A DNA stretch of 63,935 nucleotides, filler included, from Asterionella formosa (taxonomy: Eukaryota), in the NCBI GenBank assembly GCA_002256025.1. It is 5 parts of 5 records of this genome, joined end to end, with 100 filler letters (N's around TTAATTAATTAA, not from the genome) between each part and the next. Parts side by side here need not be neighbours in the genome. Positions count along the whole stretch, not along the records: positions 39,299 to 52,278 come from NKIB01007037.1; positions 52,379 to 63,935 come from NKIB01008149.1; 3 more parts are not named here. One strand, 5' to 3'. Positions 48,278-60,816 of this stretch are shown in pieces. The position numbers were made by a program, and so were the translations under genes. The notes beneath the pieces were generated by a model. It made no database searches. It saw only the letters and a list, made by a program, of their open reading frames with translations, and was not told the DNA's origin. Numbering within the stretch: the first letter of the stretch is position 1; every line of letters begins with the position of its first letter.

Positions 48278-49998
48278 TTAGCCATACTTGGCCATGAGTT
48301 TCCGTTTCCTTTCTGCAATCACAGAAAGCTCTTCTGCGGTCTTTTCGCGTAGTGGAGGTGCAGGAGGAGGAGAAGTTTTGTTTGTTTGTGGTGGCACTCG
48401 ACTGGGTCTGTTGTCATATGCGCTGTGCCTTGGGCCATCACCTCTATTTGCAATACTGTCCTTCGTTGTAGGCACTCGAGCAGCATAGTTGCGACCCTTG
48501 GCAACTCGTTGTTCACGTTCACGACGAATAACTTCTGCCAAGAGATCGTCGTGACCATTTTCCCGGCTCCTACTTCTCTCCCTTCGCCTATCATCGTAAC
48601 CTCGACTGCCATCGTTGCGATACCCATTGCCTCGATCGTGGCTATTGGTGAAGCCGCGTTCGTCTCGACCATGACCCCCGCGTCCAACGTCGACGCGACC
48701 TCGATCAGGGCCAAGATAATTATTACGAGTTCCTTCCTCATGGTCACCCCCACACATCTCCATCTCGCCCAGAGTGACAGTTTCAGTATTGCCATATTCG
48801 GTAAAGGTTACTACAAATTTGGGCCGCGACATGGGCTGGCGAGTTTCTGGGTCAGTTGAAATGACGCGATCCACGACGGCGTCATACCAAGTAACTGGAT
48901 TGTCATCATCTCCATATAGGGCCCGAATTTTGCTTCCAAGCGTCTTGAAGTAGTCGAGAGTGCCTCGGTTCCTCAAGTGCTTGATCGCGCGCTCTTCCAA
49001 CTTCTCGGCCTGTAAAAGCTTGACCTTGATGTCACGCTCAATGTTGACAGGCAAGCGAGGCATCAGTGTCCCAAAGTAGTCCATGTCTGTCAACAACATA
49101 ATGACGAATGCACCAACAGTCCTCTCGCATTTGGAGGGATTGGCTTCAATTCGTATTGGCTCTTCATCATATAGATAGGGTTCCATATAAGCCCAAAGCA
49201 GATTGGGTTCGCAAGCATATCTAAGATAGAGAAATCCAATTCCGCGAATATATGGAGAGTCCTTGTGATCTAACATGAGTTTCATTTGCTTATCTGTTGA
49301 CCTCATGGTCAAGAGCCGGAGAAGGAGGCAGAAAGCAGTTGACGGGGTCTTGACAGCACCTGTGTATTGAACTGGTTGAGTTATTCTGTTGCGTAATGCA
49401 AACAAAGACAAAAGAAAAACACAAGGAACCTTACTGTTCTGCAAAGGCGGAGCAAGCTAACTTCTCGTTGAGCATCATGTCAGCCCTATTCACTCACCTG
49501 TAAAGTCGGCGAGAAAAACAAGGTGAGAATAAGAACAACTGAAGCAAGGCCAGTGCAGGCACTACTTATCAGTACATACCTGGACTCCAGGGCTCCAAAT
49601 GCTTGACTTCATAGTAAATCTCGTCCACCAAGGCATTCCAGTCAGTGATGCTGCAGCATTTTAAAAAGTAAGGTGACCGGGAAATGTTTTGCAAGAGCAT
49701 CGGATTAAAGTTGAATGTATCATCTGGTCCATGCAGGGGTATCAATCCTCTGGAGCGGTTGTTCTTTTGTACAAAATGATTGGATGGGTATAATGGGTGG
49801 TCGTCAGAAACAAGAGGTGCAACACACACACATACACACAATCAATCGAGGCGATATGTAGTGCCTGTTCCACTTGTGGCCACTCGCACTCAACGCACTT
49901 ACCCGTCCTTCCTCGACTGCACTGAGAAACGTGTCTTCAGCTTGCCGTTCTCGCTCTTTCACGTTCGATTCTTGACGCCAAAGAGCGGAGCGAGACAT
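48278..49998 (-). CDS. PRPF38B: Pre-mRNA splicing factor PRP38B-like; exons 49998-49903, 49763-49580, 49359-48278
   Basis: NPMLLQNISRSPYF, LVDEIYYEVKHLEPW, PSTAFCLLLRL, DSPYIRGIGFLYLRY, YFGTLMPRLPV. Then a Tudor-like segment (WYDAVV..VTFTEYGNTETV), RS/RD-rich region and KLMAKYG end. Confidence 0.88.
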
Positions 49999-50210
49999 GG
50001 TGAACGTAGTAGGCGGACAGCAACAAGCCAAGCCAAGTGAAATAGCAACGTGAACAAACAGTAACAACGGTATTACTACCAGTTAAATTATACGACCGGA
50101 ACAGTACGGATATTAGTACCAGGTACCCGTGCTCGTCAATTTATACGACCGGTATTGTCAAGAATACCGGTATCATACCGGTCGTAGCAATTTGGCTACC
50201 GGTACCTAGT

Positions 50211-52278
50211 TGTTGAAATGGTCCGTACTCCTTCCCGCGAGCTGGGTCTCTCTTCACGTAGACTCTCACGTGATCGTAGTACTACCTAGTACCACTTACT
50301 TTCTCTCTTGTCTCTGCTTCTAGCCTTCCTGCTAGATAGACTAATTGGCCTTCCTGTCAATTAACACACTGTTTCCTCGGTTGATAATCTAAACCTCAAA
50401 TTAAATTATAAGCTAAACTAAATGTTTCCTTTCCATGCATCTTTGCTTCCTGCAAAATCGTTCTAAGACTCTCTTCGAGTTTCCACTTAACATTTCCATA
50501 GAAATCTTCAATCTCTGATCTCGTTAGACAGCTGATTGACGTGGCAATGCAATATTCGACTCGTTCGATTACAATCGAGTCCACAATCCTTGTGACTCGG
50601 GCTAATATTCTTGACATCCTCCCCATTGTCATGCTCAAGAGGCTGTAACATCGTTCCAATCTGAGCTGGTTCGGACAATCTCGTATGAATCTGTTCCTTC
50701 ACGATCTTGGTCATAATGTCCGCAAAATTATCTTCCGACCTTATAAAAATGACTTCCAATTCTTCATCCTCAATCATGTCATTTACATGCATGATGATAC
50801 TTAATATCAATATGTTTTGTCCTGGTTCCGATTTGCTGATTCATCGCGATAAAAATAGCTCCTGTCTTGTCTTCTTGTAGGATACTTGGTAACATGACCT
50901 TACCACCAGTAACCTCATTCAGTAGCATTGCTATGAACTTGATCTCTTGTCCACACTGGGACATCGCCACGTACTCGGCTTCCGTGCTGGACAGCATAAC
51001 CGTTTGTTGTCCCTTCGACTGCCAACTGATAAGTGCCCCGCCAATAGTAACAAGATAGCCAGTCGTGCTCTACCTTTTAAACTTATTAGCAGCCCAGTCA
51101 CTTTCCACATAGGCAATGACTCTTAACTCTTTTGGCTTACGCAGCTTGAGAACTCTATCCTCCATATTGGATAGTTAAACAATGACTCTTGCCACTGCAT
51201 GCCATTGTTCTTCACCTGGGCAGCTTAAATGAGCTGTTAGTTCCCGAACCGCATTCGCACAGTCCAGCGAATCCTTCTTTGTAGACCATAGTAACTTGCC
51301 CACAATTTTTCGATATTCTCCTTCCATAATGACTTCACCGTCATTCTTGTTCAATGTCTTTCCTGGTACGCCCAGCGTTGCGTACGACTTAATTTTCATA
51401 TCGGTCAACTTCTCGTATTCATGTAGAAGTTGCATACGAAATTTCTGCATCTGCACCTCCCAGTAATCACCATACCTGTCCTCTTTCCAAGCATATTCCA
51501 CTCCTAGTAGGTGTTTCTGTAGAACACCCTGCTGCTTGGTAATATTGAAATCTTCCTTGATAACATTTTTCATATACTCCATTGCACTTGGAGTCCCACA
51601 TACAATACCGTCATCCATGTAATTAACAAGTAGACCATCAATTTGTCCATCCTTGTTCCGGTGCATAAATAACATAGGGTCGATCTTGCTCTTCGTCATA
51701 CCTGGTTTATTGGTGACACATTTCGCAAACGTCCTGGACCAGCATCGTGGGGCTTGTACTATCCCGTACATAGCCTTCACAAGCTTGCAAACATGTGTAT
51801 CGGAATTGACTCCAATCAAATCTTGAGGGGGCTCAATATAAATGTCCTCATCGACGTCAGCATTTAGAAATGCTGCTTCCACATCAATAGCCTCCGCTCG
51901 CCAGCCGTTGTACATCGTCACTGCTAGTACCGTTTTGATTGTCGCATCGCTTGCAACTGGAGCAAATGTCTCAGTAAAATCGACACCTGGGATTTGCTCA
52001 TATCCCTTCACAACCAATCTTGCCTTATAAATGGTCTTCCTGGTTAACACATCTTCTTTAATTCGAAACACTCATCTCGTTTTTAGTGTTTGCTTCTTAA
52101 CAGTATCACGTTTGACAACTTTCCACACTCCTCTCGACTGGAATTTTTCATATTCTTTGTTGATCTCCTTGATCCACTCTTTCTTGTCTGGTCTTGCCAT
52201 TGCTTCATCGTAGCTTGTTGATAATCCTGGATCAGAAGCCAGACTTGCGTTGTACACAAAATTCACCTGTGTATTCTT
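50211..52278 (-). mobile_element. 3' part of a degenerate Ty1/Copia retrotransposon (RT, RNase H, PPT, 3' LTR ~50616-50211), truncated by contig end
   Basis: YKARLVVKGYEQIPGVDF, IDVEAAFLN, KAMYGIVQAPR, YMDD, LSSTEAEY, RTKHIDIKYH, NFADIMTK. PPT GGGGAGGA followed by TGTCAAG. LTR end is ambiguous (50211 or 50156). Confidence 0.9.
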
Positions 52279-52378
52279 NNNNNNNNNNNNNNNNNNNNNN
52301 NNNNNNNNNNNNNNNNNNNNNNTTAATTAATTAANNNNNNNNNNNNNNNNNNNNNNNNNNNNNNNNNNNNNNNNNNNN
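52279..52378. other. Artificial contig spacer
   Basis: N44-TTAATTAATTAA-N44. Confidence 0.97.
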
Positions 52379-52897
52379 CTACCATTTCCTTTTTCCTAGC
52401 TTTAAGTTTAGGAAATGATTCATTATACACATACCGGTATATAGAAGCGAGCCGGAGCACAGTCCGCCGAACCATGAAGACACGACTAGTATTTGAAGCG
52501 TCCGCAAAAATTCGTCATGAACGATGATTTTACGGGACGAGCACGTGGTGCATTCACCCTATTATAGTTACCGTAATTAAGAACAATTGATCATGCATTC
52601 CAGTATTTTATCATCATGAACTGCTAAATTTCGACCACAGTTGCAATACGCTAGCATACAACGGATTCTGGATTCCGTCTTTTGTACTTTGTTGAGCCGA
52701 TAGTGGTACCAGGTGCCAGGTACTGGCATCACTACCCGGAATACCCATGTCGAAGTGAACTACCGGTACCAGTACAGAACTTATCATATGCAGAGTAACG
52801 GTACATATAATAAATAGTACCCGCATACCCTATATATTTATTTTGCAAGTCAACTTATTAATTGTTGACAACAGTACTGTACCGGTATTCTGCCACC

Positions 52898-54328
52898 ATG
52901 ACAATAGTGAACTTTCGCTCTGCTTGCACCCTCCTCATGATCTTCTCAGTTTGTCACCGAATAAATCGAGTCTCTGGATTCACATTAACAACCACAAGAA
53001 TAGGAACTGGTCGATTATCATCACTTGTGCCTCATCCTAATAGCGGTATTGCTCAGAATTATCATGCAGCTCGTTCAGCGCATCGGACGAATCCGTTTTA
53101 TTTATATGCTCCACAATTCCAATCCAGACTCTTTGCATCTTCATCCTCTGGCAGCCGCACTTTGGACATGATGGAACTTCAGCAGCTTGTGGATACAGCC
53201 CTGGATATGACAAAGCGCAACTTGGCTCACGCCCCATCCAAGAGCGTCCTGCAATCAACATTATTGGATTTGGAGCTCGAATCATCACAACCATCCTTTT
53301 GGGACAGTCCCCGACAAGCAGAAGTGACGGCACAAGTGTCAGCCACAACTCGGTTAGTGACTCGCTTGAACCAATGGGAGACCTACCAGGAGGATTGCGA
53401 AACGGCCTTGCAATTATTGAATGATGACCCAAGTCTAGCACCAGAGGAACGACAAATGTTGGTTCAGGACTGTCATGCAGCCGCCACTTGGTTATTGAAG
53501 GATGCGCAGCAGTATGAATTGCAAGTACTACTGTCAGGGCAATACGACGATTACCCGGCACGGATAGTCTTGACCGCAGGTGCCGGGGGCACCGAAGCCA
53601 ATGATTGGGTCGCCACTCTCAAACGCATGTACGAACGTCATGCCGATCGAATGGGGTTCAAGTGTATAGTAGAAGACTTTTCCAGTGGTGATACTGTGGG
53701 ATTCAAATCAGTGGAACTACTAATTACAGGCACGAATGCGTATGGGTGGCTCAGAGGAGAAAAGGGGGCACATCGATTGGTTCGATTATCACCATTCAAT
53801 GCTAATAACAAACGACAAACGACCTTTGCCGGGGTCGATGTCGCACCCATTATTGAAAATGATGCTGACTTAAACGACATTGTTTTAGAAGACAAAGATT
53901 TGGAAATTACTACCATGCGAGCTGGAGGTAAGGGAGGACAAAACGTTAACAAAGTAGAAACGGCGGTGCGGATTAAGCATCTTCCCACTGGTCTTGCTGT
54001 CAGATGTGCACAAGAACGGAGTCAAGCAATGAATAAGGCTATTGCCATCAAAAGACTCAAGGGTCAACTTTTGGCAATCGCCAAGGAGCAAAACATCTCT
54101 GACCTGAAAGCGATCCAAGGTGATGTGGTGGAAGCCGCATGGGGAGCACAAATACGGAATTATGTTTTACACCCATACAAAATGGTCAAGGATGCCAGAA
54201 CCGGATGGGAAACAAGTGATACCGGAAGCTTTCTAGATGGTGATTTAGAAGATTGTATTGGAACTTTGTTGAGAAAACGAGCCAAGGAAGAACAAGATGA
54301 TGCTGATGAAAAAGCCAAACAACATTAA
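52898..54328 (+). CDS. prfB: Peptide chain release factor 2, nuclear-encoded, probably plastid-targeted
   Basis: [25 protein letters not shown] (SPF motif), [35 protein letters not shown]. Signal peptide ending VSG|F plus transit-like region. gccaccATG context. Confidence 0.93.
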   Translation: MTIVNFRSACTLLMIFSVCHRINRVSGFTLTTTRIGTGRLSSLVPHPNSGIAQNYHAARSAHRTNPFYLYAPQFQSRLFASSSSGSRTLDMMELQQLVDTALDMTKRNLAHAPSKSVLQSTLLDLELESSQPSFWDSPRQAEVTAQVSATTRLVTRLNQWETYQEDCETALQLLNDDPSLAPEERQMLVQDCHAAATWLLKDAQQYELQVLLSGQYDDYPARIVLTAGAGGTEANDWVATLKRMYERHADRMGFKCIVEDFSSGDTVGFKSVELLITGTNAYGWLRGEKGAHRLVRLSPFNANNKRQTTFAGVDVAPIIENDADLNDIVLEDKDLEITTMRAGGKGGQNVNKVETAVRIKHLPTGLAVRCAQERSQAMNKAIAIKRLKGQLLAIAKEQNISDLKAIQGDVVEAAWGAQIRNYVLHPYKMVKDARTGWETSDTGSFLDGDLEDCIGTLLRKRAKEEQDDADEKAKQH

Positions 54329-55549
54329 TGATAAAGTTTTCTACTGGTAGTAATTTGTCTACCAGTTTGTTTGGACCCTTTTCAACGATGTTTATATAAT
54401 ATACCAAGTTGTTCGTATTATATACCACAGCACTCAACAAGCAGGTCTAAGGCCCTCTGGGGGCCAAGTGTGACTTCACAAGCTCCACAATGTCGAGTTC
54501 TTGAAAAATAGAGAGAACTATGAAATTTACTTACCGCAATGATTACAGGTATATTTGAACCCGGTACATGATAGGTTTGGCATATTAGCCATATACCTAA
54601 CGGTACCTGATACCTGGTACCATACCAGGTAGCGGGAAACGAATCTGCTGGCATCCCTGATTGTTGGAATCAGGAATCTTGTGTGATTCACTATGGCTGC
54701 GATATTCTTGTTAGCATGCGTATGGAGTGCATATCATAGTCTAAGTAAACATTTACCGGTAGTTGTTTATAATGAATTTTTTACATATGAATATCGATAT
54801 TGTACGGTGACGTACGACAGCATCAACAATCGATTTTGTGTGTGTGTGCGCCGTGTTTGAAATAGGACAATAAGATGCACATGAAGGAAAGGACGAGACC
54901 ATGACAAGGAAACGACTGTCCCTCCTACATATAAAATCCACTCTGGGTTAACCTGACTTCTCCGTCTACCATTTTTATTGGATCAACTTACCTTCAGAGG
55001 ATGATACTTTGACCCTTTCATTCTTAAATTCATGCCCAGCCAACATCAAGAATTCAATTCATCATCACACGTGACGACGTATATGAATAATTATACAGTA
55101 ACAGAATACGGCAAATTCGACGTGCTATAGGAAAACGACAAGTCGTACATTAGGGTCCATTGCTATTACCAAGAATAAACATAAATATACCACCATCACG
55201 TCAGGACAACGAAGTTGCCTATTATGGAGACGACGATAAATACAAATGACACAAATCTTCACTGGGAAGTGCCACTGTTGGTACTCCTTATTGTAGTGTT
55301 TGGTCAATTGAATTGTTACATTGAGCGCAGGCGAGATATAGCAAGGGCTCGACAAGAATAATATGATTAGGATGGATGGATGAAATCCACCTATACAGTA
55401 AATAGGGATATAATTAATGAGGACTATACCGGTAGCCTTTGAGTATTATCTGGCTTAGAGGTATATGGAATAGAGCAGCCGGATCGAACCAATCAATCAA
55501 AGTTGGAGGACTGCCATGGCTGTCGGTGAGCTTGCATCCAGTAACATCG

Positions 55550-56743
55550 CTATTTCTCTTCTAGTGAATAAATCTGCAACCAGCCATGCTCGCTACCGCA
55601 AACCAAACGATCCCTGGACGAGCTTAGGGTCCAAATTTGTTCCGTCGTCTGAAAGGTATGCATAGGGGCATATATTTGCCCAACACTCCATACATGTAAT
55701 TTTCCATCGGCTCCGGCTGTTACAAATCGTCTCGAGTCACTTAGGGGCGTCACGTCCAATATCCAGCTTGAATGAGCATCCACAACGTGGTGTACCAGTG
55801 TTGGTGATTTACGATTCACATCCCAGACAGCCAAAAATCCATCATCACTAGCACTGATTAGCAGCTGACCATCAGGAGTGTAACAAATAGCGCGCACTTT
55901 TGATCCATGTTGAATCAAACAATGCGAGTTGCCTTGTTTCGATAATGGTAATATATCAATGAGTCCATCCTTGCGCCCAACCGCTAGAATCGCCTGATTT
56001 GGATGCCATGCCATTGACATGGCAATGGATCCAGTATTATTGCTGGTCCCAAGATATTGCAGAATCATTCCAGCTTCCTTCGTCGCATCATGAGGTGCAG
56101 ATTTGGGGGTGACCAATCCAGTGGCGACCATGACGATAGATCCATCCAATAGTGCAACGGCAACCATGATAGGACCGTTTCCGGTGAGTTTGGGTGGACA
56201 CAGTTTGAGCAGCGTGCCAGTGGCATTCGGCACGACAAACTCATGGAGTGCCTTGATTTGCTTTGGCTCTATTATTGTTATCGGGACTTGTTGTTGTTGT
56301 TGTTGATCCTGATCAGCCATGATCAATTCCTCTGCGGGACACGTCCACACTCGTACTCGTCCACTTAAATCTAATGAAGCTACTACTACATCTCCAGCCA
56401 TATCATCTTCGCCAACATAATTGCGTACTGCCGAACACTGACTTGTACCCAACACGGTTGGATGGCTATGGTCAGATCCTGGTGCTACAACAACTTGATT
56501 CTTCCCGACAAAGAAGTGTGAGCACTTGAGTGCCAATGCAGATGCATTCAAGTCATCAGTGCCGCTGGAGACAGCATGTTCCACTTTTTCGTTGACATGG
56601 TGCAATCGAACCAGGCCATCCCCAGAGCCAGTCAGAATGGACCAACTTTTGCTACTGCTCTTTCCGAAGAAGCGCAATGCTTCCACGTCCCAAATCGGAG
56701 CTTGATGAATGTTTTCGCGATGCAAACTGCGATAGCCGGACAT
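55550..56743 (-). CDS. WD40-repeat protein, SKI8/WDR61-like
   Basis: Multiple WD40 blades (ILTGSGDGLVRL, VRAICYTPDGQLLISASDDGFLAVWD, AHSSWILDV). Length and blade sequences suggest SKI8. Confidence 0.75.
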   Translation of the reverse strand: MSGYRSLHRENIHQAPIWDVEALRFFGKSSSKSWSILTGSGDGLVRLHHVNEKVEHAVSSGTDDLNASALALKCSHFFVGKNQVVVAPGSDHSHPTVLGTSQCSAVRNYVGEDDMAGDVVVASLDLSGRVRVWTCPAEELIMADQDQQQQQQVPITIIEPKQIKALHEFVVPNATGTLLKLCPPKLTGNGPIMVAVALLDGSIVMVATGLVTPKSAPHDATKEAGMILQYLGTSNNTGSIAMSMAWHPNQAILAVGRKDGLIDILPLSKQGNSHCLIQHGSKVRAICYTPDGQLLISASDDGFLAVWDVNRKSPTLVHHVVDAHSSWILDVTPLSDSRRFVTAGADGKLHVWSVGQIYAPMHTFQTTEQIWTLSSSRDRLVCGSEHGWLQIYSLEEK

Positions 56744-57849
56744 GTCGGAATGTAATGATAGTGCTGTTCTACTAAGCTGTGCTTCTACCGGTAGTCCAGT
56801 ATATACCGGTAGTCTAGATATAATACAATGGGGAGGATTTGGTGAGCTGTGTGATGTTTATGAATGTGAGGACTGATATACCGGGACCTGTGGTAATAAT
56901 ACCATCAGGTTGCTACCAGGTACCGGTGTACCGGAATGTACTTTTCAATGGTTGCATGACAGAGTAGCTACATATGGGGTTCTTTCTGGTTATTTATCAT
57001 ACTACACATTATTTAGGCGAACATACTACCTGGTACCTGGTACCTGGTACTTAGTGATAGGTGATATAGTTCTATATTATTCGATCTTCAATGTAATATA
57101 CCGGTAGCTAAAATAGGTACCGGTAGTCTTGGTGTTTGATCATCTGGAGGTATCGGTGGTGATCTGTTTCTCTTTGTTTGATGAAAAAATAAATTCAGTT
57201 GAAGCACACCCACCAAAACCATTGCAAAGTTATCTATGCAGGTGATGCAAAAAAGATATTGACAGTGGGCAAAGGTGCTGTTATCTCACGCCTGTGCAAA
57301 TGCATTCACCTATGACTGGTCTACTAAACTATTTTAGTAAACGAATTCAGAATACATTGGCAGTGTATAAAAATCCATCATTGAGCACAGCAACAAGATG
57401 AGGACAAATCTAGGAAAAGGCGACTTTACTGGTACTTACTAAATATACACATGTAGAACAAAAATGCCATAGAAATGATTGCCATGTAGAATATATATAT
57501 TAGCTTTATTATGTTGAAACACAGAGATCCCTAACTCCAGATCAGTTTATGGTCAGTGTAAGTCACTAATTTCCTGGATTCAAAGCCAACAATAAATATA
57601 TTGGAATACTTGCCTATACAAAAGTGATTTCACAAAGTTGAATTATCGCTCTTTATACATACTATTCAAAATAAAAAAGACTTGCAATGTTTGCTTGGAC
57701 ATGTTCAACAACATAGAGTGGTGACAGTAGCCACATAATAATATGGATGGATTACTGGTCAAGCTGTACATTGGAATTCAAATCAAAGGTCAAGCCAATA
57801 TTGTATAATGCTGACTTATCAAAAAGATCTTTGGCTTTCTAATATTCAC

Positions 57850-59877
57850 TTAGTTGTAGTGTCGACTGCCTGATATATTGTTTCCTTTAGAATTGCTGCC
57901 CTTGCTGCTCTTTGATTTGCCAGAGTCATTTTCCTTTGGTGATGCTGTTGGATGATAGATTGGAGCACTGGATGGCTTGTTTGTTGCAGCATTTTTGGAA
58001 GAATCCTTTGCCTTGCTTGCATTCTGAAATGGAGCAGTAGTCACTGTTTTACGTGTGGGGTTTCTTGTTGGAGGAAGTGAAGGGCTTTGGGTTGGAGCTT
58101 TTGATGGGATTGAAGTTGGGCTGGTAGTTGGCTTTGAAGTACACACAGGAGCCTTCTTTACAGTTGGAGCTAGGGTTGGGATGGAAGCTGGATTCAATGT
58201 AAATGTAGGTCTAGTGGCCTTCTGCGTTGGGGCCACTGATGGAATTTGGGTTGGGATGGTAGTTGCTTTGTGGGTAGGCGCAGTCGTTGGTTGCACTGTG
58301 GGAACTTGTGTCGGAATAACTGATGGAGCTAAGGTTGGTATGGTTGTTGGTTGCATGGTGGGGTTTTGTGTTGGATTGAAAGTAGGTGCAGTTGTTGGTT
58401 GCAGGGTAGGGTTTTGTGTTGGATTGAAAGTAGGAGCAGTTGTCGGTTGCAGGGTAGGACTTTGTGTTGGATTGAAAGTAGGAGCAGTTGTCAGTTGCAG
58501 GCTAGGGTTTTGTGTTGGATTGAAAGTAGGTGCAGTTGTTGGTTGCATGGTGGGGCTTTGTGTTGGAACCATTGTTGGAAATGAAGAGGAATGAATTGAA
58601 GGATTCACACTTGGAACTGCTGATGGAAATAAGGAAGGATTAATAGAAGGATTTGGAGTGGGGCTAGAAGTCTTTTGTATGGTGGGATTTTTTGTTGGAT
58701 CCACGGATGGAACTATGATTGGGAAGGTAGTTGGATTGAAAGTAGGTGCTGTTGTTGGTTGCATCGTGGGGTTTTGAGTTGGAACCAGAGTTGGAACCAC
58801 AGTTGGAAAGGAGGAAGGAGATTCACTTGGAGCTGCTGATGGAAACGACGAAGGATTAGTAGAAGAATTTGCAGTATTGGGTGGAGAAGTCTTCTGTAGG
58901 GTGGGATTTTGTATCGGAATCGCCATTGGAAAAATGAAGGGATTTGTAGTAGGTTTCGCAGAGGATACCAGGGTAGGATGCATAGTTGAAGGCAAGGAAG
59001 GCACTACAGTACCAGCAGATGGTCTCAATGAAGGCCTTTTGGATGGAAGCATTTGAATCGCCGCACTGGGAGCTATTGTCTGAAATGCTGTACCGAAAAT
59101 ATTCGCCACACAAACCTGCTGCAAATTATAGCTTGATCCTGTGGATGATGTAAAGCCCAAATATGCATAATTGGAACCCAAAATGGAGAATAAATCCACA
59201 TTGGTGGATAAAAGGGCTGTAGCATTGCCCTCCCAGTAGACATTCAGAGTCTTGGTGCTGCTCAACCACTCAAATTTGACTGCGTGGAAAGCGCCATCCT
59301 CCACTTGCTGATCACCTGGAAAAGGAATAGGTCCATTGATAATTCCATTGACCAAGTTTCCATCACGCACCACAGCAAGGTGATCAAAACTGGGATCTTG
59401 AGGGTTTTTAAATGTATCAAACTCCACACCAGTACTTGGAAAGATGCCACTGAATCCCAACCCTCCTCCTTTAATGCCAATGACGTGTGCTCCCTTGTTC
59501 TGCAGGACAAATGTAATTCCATCAGCTCCACCTAAATCTTGAACTCCAAAGTTTAGGAATGCAGACACAGTGAAAGACTCGCCAATAAAGAGAGGTGTCG
59601 TGGACCATAGAGCACCCAACTTTTTCTGAGCATCTGGAGTCAATGCAAAGCAGTCGCCTGGAGGAAGTGGTGGTGTGGTAGAGGGAGCACAATCACCAAG
59701 ACAGTTGAAGCCCATCTGTTACAATGCAAAATTTTGCGTGAGACACCAAATCAACAGTATAGTATTTGCACAGGAGACAAGTATACCCACTGAGATTGGA
59801 ACCTGCCCCAGAAGGTTGCGAGACAAACTGGTGGCGCCATGAGCCAACAAGAGGATAGAAAGAGCAAAAAACTTCAT
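57850..59877 (-). CDS. Secreted L-type (legume/bacterial) lectin-domain protein with Pro/Thr-rich mucin-like tail; intron ~59790-59716
   Basis: Signal peptide MKFFALSILLLAHGATS. Lectin motifs GADGITFVLQ, GGGLGF, VEFDTF, AYLGFTSSTG. TCA|GTGGGT...AACAG|ATG in frame. Confidence 0.85.
58335..58570 (-). repeat. 48-nt coding tandem repeat (NPTQxPTxQPTTAPTF, about 5 copies)
   Basis: TGTGTTGGATTGAAAGTAGG.GCAGTTGT recurs every 48 nt. Confidence 0.9.
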
Positions 59878-60816
59878 GGTCGGATTTGTTCGATACTGTC
59901 CACGTTCTTGTCGGAACCTTCCTAATTTTATGTCCCTTTCTTTGCTGCTGATCCAGTTGCCAATTTGAGTGATTCTCAACTGATGACGAGGTCAATCAAT
60001 CATTCATTCATTGCCCGGTCTGAAGGTGCGTTGAACCGGTGTATGTGATGTACCTGGTATGTCGTTGAAAAAACAAGCACATGATCTGACAATTAGTGTC
60101 GATTCCACGTCGTCCTTCCATCGTGTTGAATACCGGTATGTGATTTCTGAAGAGTACATTCACTCCTTATTTCCCATGCCAACGTCGGATCCTGTGTGTG
60201 ATGACAGGATGTATCCGGTAGTGATTATAAGTAATCATTGTCGTAGCTGTGTTCGACACTCTGGTGTCCGCACTGAAAGTCTCTCCCATTGTTGTTTCTT
60301 CCAGTCTTGATAGGAGCGCGCTATTCTATACTCCTATACCACAAACAACAATCAGCGGTATACCGGTACGATGATGGTCTTGCGAATGAATTCCAAATGC
60401 TGACAGAGTATATATCAATCAAGATGGAGAAGTGCATAGGGTATACCGGTAAATTACATCTAATTCGCGGGTCGTGAAATGTTTGGACTGATAAAACAAA
60501 ATATAACAATGGGGTATAACATTATTAAACAGCTGGTTTTCTTCGTGTCCGTGGCTGTATTAGTGGTAACGTACAATGACCATCATGGAGCTCATAAAAA
60601 ATGTGAACGAAATCCCATCCAGTCCTGAAAAAATTACTTCATGCTGGGAGCAAAGCAACAGAGTATACCAACAGTTGAATCAATATTTATCAATATAATT
60701 TTGCTATCATTAAAATCGTTGAACAAGGAACTAATAACTGCCCCATTTCAAATCTCGCCACATTGACGTCGTGCTACCGGTAGTGACATCAACCCATCAT
60801 CTTCAACAATCAATAT

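Noticed and set aside
52898..54328. Programmed +1 frameshift typical of bacterial prfB, or bacterial contamination
   Set aside because: ORF is continuous, has a eukaryotic targeting presequence and lies among intron-containing genes.
58335..58570. CRISPR-like array
   Set aside because: Fixed 48-nt in-frame coding repeat with no unique spacers and no cas genes.
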